Assembly: GCA_026415975.1 (NCBI GenBank)
Contig: JAOAFZ010000002.1
Span: 49,390 to 113,389 of the forward strand
Length of the DNA: 64,000 bases
Direction: 5' to 3'
DNA from: Patescibacteria group bacterium
GTDB taxonomy: Bacteria; Patescibacteriota; Microgenomatia; UBA1406; GWC2-37-13
Positions 55,205-64,000 of the stretch are shown one piece after another (positions within the stretch are counted from its first letter, which is position 1; every line of letters begins with the position of its first letter). The notes beneath the pieces were generated by a model, which was not told the origin of the DNA, did no database searches, and saw only the letters and a list, made by a program, of their open reading frames with translations. The position numbers and the translations under genes were made by a program.

Positions 55205-56491
55205 ATGCGCAAAGTCCGGGATCTCCTTAAAAGCCCCACCAGTCAGTCTATTGCTGTAAATACACTTGGTAATTATCTTAATGTCGGCTTTACAGCGCTT
55301 TTTACCCTGGTCCTTTTTCGTATTCTCTCACCGGCGGAATATGGGGTGTATAGCGTTCTCATAACCGTTTCATATGTTATGGCAACGATACTGGACTTCG
55401 GCAGTACCGCAACGATCTACTCATACCTCCCGCCGCTACTGGAAGATAAGGGACGGCCGTTATTCCGGTTCGTCAAGAGTGCCTTCTACTACCAGTCGAT
55501 CCTTTCGTGTATCGTCGTTCTTGCGTTGCTGATACTTTTCCCTGTAATAGACACACAATTTTTAAAGACCGGCGCGTCGTATCTGGAAATGGCACTTACC
55601 GCAATTGCTACCCTCTTTTTTATCTGGCAGAACTTTATTCTTAACCTCTACTTTGCCTCGAAACAGTTTTTCAAGGCAAACCTTTACCTGAATATTGCAA
55701 ATATTGTCAAGACAATCGCCATTGGCGTTGCCTTTATTACCGGAACGCTGTCTATAGCCTCCCTGATCTTTATTCTGGGTATCTTCGGGTGTGCGGTGTT
55801 CTACGGACTGGTGCTCTTCGACCGCCGGAACGATATTCACCGCATTCTTTCCGCTGATGTTAAACGAAAAGAGTTCCGGTTCCGGTATGCGCTCACGTAC
55901 TTTATTGCGTCGCAGTTTCTTAATATCGGGCTACGAATGGATCTGTTTACCATCTCGTTTTTTAATACCGTCATCTCCCGTCCCGAGGTTGGATATTATG
56001 CAGCCGCACAGAAGATTATCCTGACGGTTCTTACCACCGTAATCAGTATTACCCAGGTGTTATCACCGGGCTTTTCAAATATTTCCACCCGTCGTGAAGC
56101 ACGCAAGCAGCTCCGTCACGGCCTGATATATATGCTTATTCCGAGCGCACTCTTTCTGGGAGTTACACTAACACCCGGGTTTATTTACGAATGGTTCTTT
56201 ACCAGTACGTTTTCGCCGTCCGCTGATATCGCCCGGGTGCTGAGCGTGCCGTTTGTCATTTATGCTTTGGGTAGCGTACCGATGCTGTTTCTGCTGTATA
56301 CGGTAAAAAAACCGAACTATATTTTGTTCGCCTATGTAACCTTCTTTGCAATTGTTACGGCGGGATGTCTGCTGCTCATCCCCTCGCTGCGGCTTATGGC
56401 ACCGGTGGTGTTATTTACCGTGGGCTTCCTGATCTCCAAGGGGATAATCGGGTACGCCTGTTACCGTGAATACCGTCGGTTGCCGCGCTGA
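55205..56491 (+). CDS. MOP/Wzx-type polysaccharide flippase
   Basis: A 428-aa protein with about 12 TM helices and the N-terminus typical of 'polysaccharide biosynthesis protein' flippases. Confidence 0.65.
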   Translation: MRKVRDLLKSPTSQSIAVNTLGNYLNVGFTALFTLVLFRILSPAEYGVYSVLITVSYVMATILDFGSTATIYSYLPPLLEDKGRPLFRFVKSAFYYQSILSCIVVLALLILFPVIDTQFLKTGASYLEMALTAIATLFFIWQNFILNLYFASKQFFKANLYLNIANIVKTIAIGVAFITGTLSIASLIFILGIFGCAVFYGLVLFDRRNDIHRILSADVKRKEFRFRYALTYFIASQFLNIGLRMDLFTISFFNTVISRPEVGYYAAAQKIILTVLTTVISITQVLSPGFSNISTRREARKQLRHGLIYMLIPSALFLGVTLTPGFIYEWFFTSTFSPSADIARVLSVPFVIYALGSVPMLFLLYTVKKPNYILFAYVTFFAIVTAGCLLLIPSLRLMAPVVLFTVGFLISKGIIGYACYREYRRLPR

Positions 56492-56511
56492 CTCAGAAGT
56501 TCTTCCGTTTT

Positions 56512-57882
56512 ATGAAAGAAACTCGCGTTCGTAAACTCAACAGCCACGCCAGCGGGGGAACTGGTCCGGTGGTGTACCTGATGTCCCGGGATCAGCGGGT
56601 GCAGGACAACGCGGCCCTAACGGCTGCACAGGAGTATGCGCTGGAACGGAAGCGCCCACTGCTCGTATTCTTCAGCCTTTTCACGCAGCCGGTAGGCCGC
56701 CTGATGCAGCAATACGAGTTTATGCTGACCGGTCTGAAGGAGGTTGAAGAGCAACTGCATGCAAACGGAATCGGGTTTCTGCTGCGTACCGGTACGCCGG
56801 AGCAAACCGTACCGGCAGTACTACACGAGTACGACGCATGCGCTCTGTTTCTAGATTTCTCGCCGCTACGGAATGCCACGACAACCCGTGTTACGCTTGC
56901 ACAAACACTGCAGATCCCGGTTTTCGAGGTCGATGCGACACACGTAGTCCCGCTCTGGGTAGCATCGGACAGAGAAGAATTTGCTGCCCGCACCCTCCGC
57001 CCGAAAATTCACCGGGTACTGGAGCGGTATCTTGTTGCACCGGAACCGGTTGTGCGCCATCCGTTCCCGCTAGAAACCCAGCCCGTGGACTGGTCCGCGG
57101 CACATGACGCTCTCCGAGCACCCCGGCCTGCGTTCTACGCGCCCCCGTTTGAACCTGGTGAAGCGGCAGCCAGCCGGCTGTTACGGGAGTTTATCAAGGA
57201 CAGACTGGAGCGCTATGGCGAAGATCGCAACAAGCCCCACCTGAACGGCACTTCTGGACTGAGCCCGTATCTGCATTTCGGACAACTGTCCGCACTGCGT
57301 GCGGTTCTAACGGTGCGAGAAGCTGTACGATCCGCACCAAAGGCCGTGCGGGACTCGGCGGAGGCATTTATCGAAGAGCTGGTGGTGCGGCGGGAACTGG
57401 CGGCAAACTACTGCTACTACCAAAAGAACTATACCTCCCTCGACGGCGCGAAACCCTGGGCCCGGCAGACGCTATATAAGCACACCAGCGATCCCCGTGA
57501 ATTCATATATTCCCTCGACGAGTTTGAACAGGCCGCCACGCACGAACCAGCTTGGAATGCCGCTCAGCGGGAACTCCTGACGACCGGTAAGATGCATGGC
57601 TATATGCGCATGTACTGGGCAAAGAAGATCCTCGAGTGGACTGCGACTCCGCAGGAAGCAATAGAGATTGCCGTTTACCTGAACGACCGGTACCACCTGG
57701 ACGGCTTCGAGGCAAACGGCTACGCGGGCATCATGTGGGCCATTGCCGGGGTGCACGACCGACCCTGGTTCGAGCGGCCGGTATATGGGAGCATTCGCTA
57801 CATGAACGCGAACGGCCTCAGACGCAAGTTTGACCTCGACGCCTACATTCGAGCGTGGTCAGGGGGGCAACTTCGTATATAA
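56512..57882 (+). CDS. class II CPD photolyase
   Basis: VVYLMSRDQRVQDN...; the C-terminal GKMHGYMRMYWAKKILEW...NGYAGIMWAIAGVHDRPW is typical of class II enzymes. Confidence 0.85.
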   Translation: MKETRVRKLNSHASGGTGPVVYLMSRDQRVQDNAALTAAQEYALERKRPLLVFFSLFTQPVGRLMQQYEFMLTGLKEVEEQLHANGIGFLLRTGTPEQTVPAVLHEYDACALFLDFSPLRNATTTRVTLAQTLQIPVFEVDATHVVPLWVASDREEFAARTLRPKIHRVLERYLVAPEPVVRHPFPLETQPVDWSAAHDALRAPRPAFYAPPFEPGEAAASRLLREFIKDRLERYGEDRNKPHLNGTSGLSPYLHFGQLSALRAVLTVREAVRSAPKAVRDSAEAFIEELVVRRELAANYCYYQKNYTSLDGAKPWARQTLYKHTSDPREFIYSLDEFEQAATHEPAWNAAQRELLTTGKMHGYMRMYWAKKILEWTATPQEAIEIAVYLNDRYHLDGFEANGYAGIMWAIAGVHDRPWFERPVYGSIRYMNANGLRRKFDLDAYIRAWSGGQLRI

Positions 57883-57883
57883 T
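57878..57883 (+). promoter_or_regulatory. -10 box (TATAAT) 6 nt upstream of ATG 57890, overlapping the photolyase stop
   Basis: Read directly from the sequence. Confidence 0.5.
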
Positions 57884-57889
57884 CAGCAT

Positions 57890-58810
57890 ATGGGACTGAG
57901 TTATACCCCGCTGACGCATACGCCCCTCTCGATCCGTGATCTGGCACGTACCTACAGGGCGCGGGAAACTCGTGGAAACCGGATTAAACTGGCTGCCGGC
58001 GTGCTCGTTGCCGTGCTGATTATCTCCGGCGGTCTGGGGTATATCTTCCGCGACTCATGGCTTTCGGCGCGGGGAGAAAGGGTGCTAGGGCAGCAGGACC
58101 GGCGCCCGACTGCGGGAAGCAGCTCGATTGCCAGACCGGAGTCTGTGGCTCCCTTAGACGACCGAAAACCGACTCGCTATGCCGATGAGTTTATCGAATT
58201 TGATCTTCCCGATGGCTGGGCTGCCCGGCGATTCTCCAGCGAACTCGTCCCCAACTTGCTCAGGGTGGTAGAGGTTTATCCCGCAAGCGAATTACCGGTA
58301 TTTGATTCCAGAGGAAAACTATATAAAAGCCTGATTACGGTGAGTATCACCAAGGAACGTACTGACACCGGTCCGGTACCGTCTAGTGCCCGGATCTCTA
58401 TGCAGTCAATTGACGGTGTGATGGCAAAGATAATAGAGCAACGACTCGACGAAAACTTTAGCGATACTCTGAATAAACCACTCGAGGGACTTACTTTTAT
58501 AGTTAATTTCCCACTTGGTAACAATACCGTTGTCATTGTATACCGGACAACCGCTCCCGCAGACGCAATAAATCAACGAAGAGAGATGTTCCTGAAGTTT
58601 CTTAAAACAATTGCACTGCCCGGGAAACCGGACGAAACAGAGCAACAGACAGCCGCCTCTGAGGCAGATCCGGAAAGTATACCCGAACCTACGAACATCC
58701 CTGAACCCAGTGTGACTCCGCGTGCCGCAAACCCCACAGCACAAACCTCACCGGCAACGCCAGATCGGAGTGAGGGAGAACTGAAGGAATTCCGCATGAA
58801 GACACCATAA
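57890..58810 (+). CDS. membrane-anchored hypothetical protein with a Pro/Glu/Thr-rich tail
   Basis: Start at the internal ATG. It has a single TM (IKLAAGVLVAVLIISGGLGYIF) and no recognised domain. Confidence 0.45.
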   Translation: MGLSYTPLTHTPLSIRDLARTYRARETRGNRIKLAAGVLVAVLIISGGLGYIFRDSWLSARGERVLGQQDRRPTAGSSSIARPESVAPLDDRKPTRYADEFIEFDLPDGWAARRFSSELVPNLLRVVEVYPASELPVFDSRGKLYKSLITVSITKERTDTGPVPSSARISMQSIDGVMAKIIEQRLDENFSDTLNKPLEGLTFIVNFPLGNNTVVIVYRTTAPADAINQRREMFLKFLKTIALPGKPDETEQQTAASEADPESIPEPTNIPEPSVTPRAANPTAQTSPATPDRSEGELKEFRMKTP

Positions 58811-58904
58811 TGCGGTAGTAGCGTTTCTGAAGAACTGGGGCCAACGCAAGAAGCTCAGAACAAAAACACCGTGAAGCAATGGAATTCTCCTGCAGTTCCT
58901 TATG

Positions 58905-58976
58905 AGCGGGGTACGGGATTTGAACCCGTGACCTTCTCTTTGGAAAAGAGACATTCTACCACTGAACTAACCCCGC
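58905..58976 (-). tRNA. tRNA-Gly (anticodon UCC)
   Basis: The minus strand GCGGGGT-TA-GTTC-AGTGGTA-GAAT-G-TCTCT-TTTCCAA-AGAGA-AGGTC-ACGGG-TTCAAAT-CCCGT-ACCCCGC-T folds as a cloverleaf. The anticodon loop is TT-TCC-AA. CCA is not encoded. Confidence 0.85.
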
Positions 58977-59049
58977 AACTTTGGGTAGTATACCAGTTTC
59001 CCGGGTGCCAGGCAAGTGAGCAACGAAGTCTGGCCGATTTCCGCACGGC

Positions 59050-60204
59050 TCACCTCCGTACCTGCTTTTCCTTTCCCGAACTCAAGAGAGGATCGGGTAT
59101 TCCAATAATGAGTGCCGTCATTCCCGCATACAGAAACGGCAACAATAACAGGAAATAGCGCACAAAGGGGGCCTGAACGGAAAGCGACAATAGATACAGC
59201 ACGGGAAAGATCAATGCCGCAGCGGGCGGTTCTTTAAGCAGGCGGACACCAGAGCGGAGGAGCCGCAGAATAACGGCTGTAAGGACTCCCGCCAGCGATA
59301 TCGGCCAGAGGAGGGACCAGTGCGGGGAAAACCCGATGGCTTTTTCTCCCCACCACTGCGCCGAGAATCCGGTAAGAAACAGGAACACATTTGCCCCCGG
59401 AAGCGCACTTATCGAGTGATGCAGCCAGTATTTGAAGATCTTCGCCTGCAGCAGGATTGGTGTTATGCCACCACTCTCCAGTATCGTACGGAAGTACGAA
59501 GCATACAGTACCGCACCGGCAGCTGCGGCGGTGACAATATAGTTACGCCAGTCGAATCGGGAAGTGCGATAGGCATCATAGGCAACTGCTAACACTGCTG
59601 TCACAGCTACCGGCGTCCAAAACTTTGAAGCCGCTGCACAGCCAAGCAGGATCCCGTGCACCAATCCAAACCGGGTTCCGTGGAGAACAAGTAGCACGAA
59701 TGCCAGGAGAAAGGTTGCCTGAGGCAGATCGAGTAGGATTTCACCCAAAAGGTGCGAGAATACCGGATCGGTAAGCACCAGGAGTCCGGCAACCGTTCCT
59801 GTAGTACGGGAGTGAAATATGGTGACCCCCAGGAAGTAGGTGAGTGCTATGAAGGTAAGGCCGAAGGTAAACTGCACGGGATACGGGGAACCCGAAATCC
59901 GGGAAGAAATACCATAGAGGTACTTTGCCAGGGGTGTATGCTGGAAATTAAACACAGCAGGATCCGCTCCGCCAGCATAGAGTAGCCCAGCGGCGATATG
60001 GATCTCCGAATCCGAAAGAAAGGTACGACCGGAGACATCATGCGTGATATCCTGCGACCGGAGGTATCGTTCGGTAAGCGATGGCGCATCGATGCGGTAG
60101 AAAACCGCAGCGGGAAGACTCAACAAGAGCACTGCAAGATATGCTGCACTCAAAAGAATAAGGAAAGGAATATGTGCCCGTATTTGTTGCATCCATAATT
60201 GCAT
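59050..60204 (-). CDS. GT-C membrane glycosyltransferase (PMT_2 / ArnT-like)
   Basis: A 384-aa polytopic protein. The loop motif NFQHTPLAKYLYGIS resembles HPPLGKYL of GT39/GT83-type enzymes. Confidence 0.6.
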   Translation of the reverse strand: MQLWMQQIRAHIPFLILLSAAYLAVLLLSLPAAVFYRIDAPSLTERYLRSQDITHDVSGRTFLSDSEIHIAAGLLYAGGADPAVFNFQHTPLAKYLYGISSRISGSPYPVQFTFGLTFIALTYFLGVTIFHSRTTGTVAGLLVLTDPVFSHLLGEILLDLPQATFLLAFVLLVLHGTRFGLVHGILLGCAAASKFWTPVAVTAVLAVAYDAYRTSRFDWRNYIVTAAAAGAVLYASYFRTILESGGITPILLQAKIFKYWLHHSISALPGANVFLFLTGFSAQWWGEKAIGFSPHWSLLWPISLAGVLTAVILRLLRSGVRLLKEPPAAALIFPVLYLLSLSVQAPFVRYFLLLLPFLYAGMTALIIGIPDPLLSSGKEKQVRR

Positions 60205-60207
60205 TGA

Positions 60208-61221
60208 TCAGTACTCCCAGCCATTTGGACGGGCTGTATACCAGGTAACCAGTGACTTCACACTGTCTTCGATCGAATGGACCGGCTTCCAGCCCAGTTT
60301 TTTGGTAATCTTTTCGTTAGAGGCAATTGCTTTAGACACATCGCCCTTGCGCCGTTCACCTTCTTTGAGTTCGAGTTTCGTGCCGGTTATCGTTTCCACA
60401 GTCCGAATAATTTCTAGAACCGAGTTACCAGTACCCGTGCCCAGATTAAATAGGTCGGCACGCTCGATGGTATCTAGATAATCTACCGCCAGAAGGTGCG
60501 CGCGATTGAGATCGACGACATTTACGTAATCCCTGATCGGGGAGCCATCTGCGGTATTTACAGGCGTGTAGTTGAGATAAAAGGGGGCAATTCCCAGTGC
60601 ACCGCGTACTGCATTCTGCATAAGATGGAACGACGGTTTCTTTGAATCTCCAATTATGCCGTCATCGGTAGCACCGCACACGTTAAAGTACCGGAGTGCG
60701 ACATACTTAATTCCATGGACCCGCGAGTACCAGTCGATAACGCGCTCAGCCATGTATTTTGATTCGCTGTACGGATGACTTTTTGGATCAACCGGATGGG
60801 ATTCGTCGAGCGTCTCGTGTTGTGGTTCGCCATACAACGAGCATGTAGAAGAAAATACCAGTTTTCGTACACCGTGTTTGCGCATTGCTTCGAGAAGAGA
60901 AAGCGTGCCCGCGATGTTATTATCAAAGTACATTTCCGGGTGTTTTTCGGATTCACCGACATTACAGAATGCTGCGTAGTGAAGTACGGTATCTACGGGC
61001 TCCACGTTTTCGAATATCGCGTCACTTCCGGTTTTTACGTCCGTCTCAACAATCCGCACCCTGTCTGCACCATACCGCTCCCGAAGTATATCAAGAGGCT
61101 GTCGAAACCCTCGAACAAGGCTGTCAACCGCAGTGACCGTATGGCCCGCCTCCAGAAATAATGAAGTCGCGACCGAACCGATGTATCCGCCGGCACCGGT
61201 AATTACCACATGTTTCTTCAT
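60208..61221 (-). CDS. galE: UDP-glucose 4-epimerase
   Basis: VVITGAGGYIGS, the catalytic YSESKYMAE, and FNVCGA. Confidence 0.9.
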   Translation of the reverse strand: MKKHVVITGAGGYIGSVATSLFLEAGHTVTAVDSLVRGFRQPLDILRERYGADRVRIVETDVKTGSDAIFENVEPVDTVLHYAAFCNVGESEKHPEMYFDNNIAGTLSLLEAMRKHGVRKLVFSSTCSLYGEPQHETLDESHPVDPKSHPYSESKYMAERVIDWYSRVHGIKYVALRYFNVCGATDDGIIGDSKKPSFHLMQNAVRGALGIAPFYLNYTPVNTADGSPIRDYVNVVDLNRAHLLAVDYLDTIERADLFNLGTGTGNSVLEIIRTVETITGTKLELKEGERRKGDVSKAIASNEKITKKLGWKPVHSIEDSVKSLVTWYTARPNGWEY

Positions 61222-61272
61222 GGATAGATTTTATATCGTGATGAAACACAATATGTCATAGGTTGTTCGTAA

Positions 61273-63828
61273 CTAATTAGAGGGAAACACGTTAGTGCCC
61301 GACGGAAGCTGAGGCAATATGGAGCAAGCCTGCACAAAGCGGTTTGCTTCCTGTAAACAAGCCCCGGTAGCCGTCGTATTCGTGCCCAGGTTATACACTT
61401 TGTGAATACAGGTTCCCGCAGGACGGTCTGCCCTAGCATAGGGTGCCGACAGAATAATCTGCCAACCATCTACTATTACCTGCGTATACACCACCCCCGG
61501 CTGTTCGCAACCAATCGCCGGGTTGCTGAACTGGACCGGGGTAAAGCCACTGGCGTATACCTGCGCTATCGCATCACTCGCGAGATTCTCTCGTTCTTCG
61601 GTTACAAATCGCTGGCGGAGTGCATCGAAGATGCTACTGCTTATACCCGGAGTAATTGCCGCACTCGGCGCAGTGACCGACGGGGTGGGTATACTGCTGG
61701 GTGTTGGCATGGATGTTGGCGTTGATGTGGATATCAGCGTGGGCGAAGCACCCGGAGCTGTTGTCGCAGTTACAGCTGGTGAAGGTACTCCGGTAGGAGT
61801 CAGATGCACTCCCCGTTCTCGATTGCGGATAAGAATCTCGAGGTCAAAAGTACATACAAACTTTTCTGCACCTTTATCATCTTTACAGTTTGCTTCCCCG
61901 TCGAAATCGGCCCGTTCACGAGGACTGATTTCGAGGAACTCATTTCGCCAGATAGCTTCGTCCTCGGAGTCGAGCTTCCAGTCACAGTTCGCATCACCTT
62001 TTGGTCTTAGACCGCAGTCAGGAGTCGGCGTAGCATTGGGAGTGCTCGTGGACACGGGTGTGTTTGTAGGAGCAGGAGTGGCAGTTGGAACCGAGGTATT
62101 GGTCGGAATCGGGCTCGGTGCAACACAGCCGTTGTTCACGCAGATATTCCCATCGGTACAATTGGCATTACTTGTACAGTATCCTGCGGGAGTCGGCGTG
62201 AGTGTGGGGGTGGGGGTATACGTCGGCGTAGGCGTCGGGGTATGTGTTGGCGTGGGAGACGGTGGAGGACAGCTAAAGGTAGTGCGAATTTCTTGGCTCC
62301 AGTTCGGACGGGGTACATCGTGCCGCTGTGAATGAATCCACGCGGTATATGTCTGCCCGGGGATCATTCCGGTATAGGTAAAGGATGTCCCGCTGATCTC
62401 CGTACGGCCTAATGCTTCATTATCAATATAAAAACCGCCTTGAATAGTCTCACTTCTTAGGCGCCAGTAATACTGCGAGATTCCTGGTGCACCGGTCCAA
62501 GTAAAGGTAGCCGTCGTTCCGCTACAGGTAGCCTGCAGGTTGGAAGGGGGTGGAATTACGCAAGATACCCCGGTTGAACCTCCGGGTCCATACACTCCCC
62601 CATATATTCCATGAGCCCACACCGAGTAAGACCGTCCCGGTAACCCCTTATAGGTAGCAGAAGTCGCTGATCCTGGATAGGGTGGACAATGGTTCGTATT
62701 TGCACAGTTATCCCATGATACCGAGGTATCATGGAAGCGAAGGGCATATGAGGTTGCACCTGGGAGCGCATTCCAGCGAACAGAAATGTTTCCTTGGTAA
62801 TCACATGAGGCAGATAGAACCGGTGCTTGCGGAGCTGCACACATCGAAGCGGGCAACTGAAACTGAAAAGAATAACTACCCGAAGCAAGTACTCCAATTG
62901 AGGCATTGGCATTCGGCACCTGAGTAGTCCAGTAACGTCCGTACGTCCAGGGGAACGGTGCGTTCCCGGAAAGATCAAACCATGTTGCTCCATCATTCAT
63001 TCCGAAATATAACCGTGATTGTGGAGAGCGGCTAGTAAAGCTGAATGAGTTGGCCGACCTGCCGTATCCGGTATAAGACCAGACCAGGTCTGCTGAATTC
63101 GCGCCCGGCCACTGCGCATACTGTAATCTGACGTCTTTCGTGAGGTACGTACCTGCCGGGCACGCAGGAACACCCGTGATGGTATAGGTACGGGAAAAAT
63201 TCGGATCTGTTCTTACCACACAGGGATTCGGGCAGGACTGTCCAGAATTCACATTGCCCGTCCAGACCCTTCCAGTAACACTATCCGAATTTACGTTCCT
63301 GCACCACTGATTTTGCTCCCACGGGGTATTCGGTTGTACGTAATTCACCCCGAAAACAACACCCTGACTGAAGTCGATGTACTTTCCTGCACAAAATCGT
63401 TGTCCATATGAGTCGTTTCGTACCAGTCTGCCGTTCGTCCAGTCAGGAAAAGTGGCTGTACCAGCTGTACCAAATCCATAAAACTGGCAGCCATCATCCG
63501 GATTGCTGTTGACCGGAATGGCCCAGTACCCGCCAAGGGTTCCGGTCCCCCTTGAATAAAACGTTATTTTCTCACCCGGCTTCGGATTTCTGCCTATGAT
63601 ATTTGATACGGCATATGATGTTTTTATGTTATTTTGATCCGAGGTACTGGCACTTTTTCCCAATTCTCCAGGATTGCTGTCGAGGCTCACCTGAAAAGAG
63701 CTGCATGTTGTATATGCTTGCGCGTCTACGGTTCCGGGCAGGAGACACAAAGCAACGAAAGCGATAAAAACCAATACCGATAAATAATGAAATCGCAATT
63801 TGAAAATAACAAGTTTTTTAACGGGCAC
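61273..63828 (-). CDS. large secreted protein with FN3-like modules, PT linkers and a dockerin/EF-hand-like Ca-binding segment
   Basis: GTG start, with the signal peptide VKKLVIFKLRFHYLSVLVFIAFVALCLLPG. ...ISVRWNALPGATSYALRF and ATFTWTGAPGISQYYWRL are FN3-like. The linker is PSPTPTHTPTPTPTYTPTPTLTPTP. GDANCDWKLDSEDEAIW...DFDGEANCKDD is dockerin-like. Confidence 0.6.
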   Translation of the reverse strand: MPVKKLVIFKLRFHYLSVLVFIAFVALCLLPGTVDAQAYTTCSSFQVSLDSNPGELGKSASTSDQNNIKTSYAVSNIIGRNPKPGEKITFYSRGTGTLGGYWAIPVNSNPDDGCQFYGFGTAGTATFPDWTNGRLVRNDSYGQRFCAGKYIDFSQGVVFGVNYVQPNTPWEQNQWCRNVNSDSVTGRVWTGNVNSGQSCPNPCVVRTDPNFSRTYTITGVPACPAGTYLTKDVRLQYAQWPGANSADLVWSYTGYGRSANSFSFTSRSPQSRLYFGMNDGATWFDLSGNAPFPWTYGRYWTTQVPNANASIGVLASGSYSFQFQLPASMCAAPQAPVLSASCDYQGNISVRWNALPGATSYALRFHDTSVSWDNCANTNHCPPYPGSATSATYKGLPGRSYSVWAHGIYGGVYGPGGSTGVSCVIPPPSNLQATCSGTTATFTWTGAPGISQYYWRLRSETIQGGFYIDNEALGRTEISGTSFTYTGMIPGQTYTAWIHSQRHDVPRPNWSQEIRTTFSCPPPSPTPTHTPTPTPTYTPTPTLTPTPAGYCTSNANCTDGNICVNNGCVAPSPIPTNTSVPTATPAPTNTPVSTSTPNATPTPDCGLRPKGDANCDWKLDSEDEAIWRNEFLEISPRERADFDGEANCKDDKGAEKFVCTFDLEILIRNRERGVHLTPTGVPSPAVTATTAPGASPTLISTSTPTSMPTPSSIPTPSVTAPSAAITPGISSSIFDALRQRFVTEERENLASDAIAQVYASGFTPVQFSNPAIGCEQPGVVYTQVIVDGWQIILSAPYARADRPAGTCIHKVYNLGTNTTATGACLQEANRFVQACSILPQLPSGTNVFPSN

Positions 63829-64000
63829 GCTTATTTTTTGAATATACCATCAATTCAGCTAGAAGACCAGTAGCCGCAATTTGGACTCCGATAATTACGA
63901 GCAGCATCCCGAGAAACAGGATAGGCCGCCGGTAGATTTCATGCTGAAAGATGATGCGTTCCACTCCGAGATAGCCGAGAATTGCAGTCCCCGCAAGACC
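63818..64000 (-). CDS. 3' end of a membrane-anchored GT2 (partial, enters from beyond the window)
   Basis: My own translation gives ...GLAGTAILGYLGVERIIFQHEIYRRPILFLGMLLVIIGVQIAATGLLAELMVYSKNKRAR*, a typical C-terminal two-helix anchor of GtrB/ArnC-type enzymes. Confidence 0.45.
   Translation of the reverse strand, partial: GLAGTAILGYLGVERIIFQHEIYRRPILFLGMLLVIIGVQIAATGLLAELMVYSKNKRAR

Overview
This is a 64-kb window from a bacterial genome that uses the standard genetic code: TGA, TAA and TAG all terminate clearly homologous genes. It is probably from an uncultivated lineage, but I cannot establish taxonomy from the sequence alone. No rRNA or CRISPR array is present, and there is one tRNA, tRNA-Gly(UCC).

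**Layout**
- **1-23.2 kb:** a large glycan-biosynthesis cluster that depends on an ABC transporter. It holds many GT2/GT4 glycosyltransferases, a Wzm/Wzt-type exporter, a 951-aa methyltransferase/coiled-coil/GT2 protein, a polyprenyl-phosphate-sugar type module with GT-C membrane proteins, a secreted S8 protease and gmd.
- **23.3-26.8 kb:** a regulator, an aldehyde dehydrogenase and a hypothetical gene.
- **26.9-33.2 kb:** one very large surface-protein gene broken by two frameshifts and three in-frame stops.
- **33.4-42.0 kb:** an 8.35-kb segment bracketed by a perfect 68-bp direct repeat inside an EamA transporter gene. It carries a DCD (PUA-like)-nuclease fusion, a second nuclease-like ORF, and an operon of two large proteins (one wholly uncharacterised, one with an unassigned N-terminal region fused to a GT4 domain) followed by a GT4 and a CBM9-like gene. 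This is my best candidate for an accessory or novel system.
- **42.8-44.3 kb:** a decay zone with an IS3-type transposase remnant and a fructokinase pseudogene.
- **44.4-55.2 kb:** hexose and amino-sugar metabolism (prs, nagB, a PIG-L deacetylase, a GT, glmS). It includes three hexokinase-family paralogues, one of them fused to a GH100/GDE-like glycoside hydrolase.
- **55.2-64 kb:** a flippase, a class II photolyase, the tRNA, a PMT-like GT-C protein, galE, a large secreted protein and a partial GT2.

**Window-wide signal:** about 20 genes have a TAnnnT box (often TGn-extended) only 5-9 nt upstream of the start codon, with no room for a Shine-Dalgarno sequence. This implies mostly leaderless transcripts.

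All domain calls come from reading motifs by eye. No searches were run.
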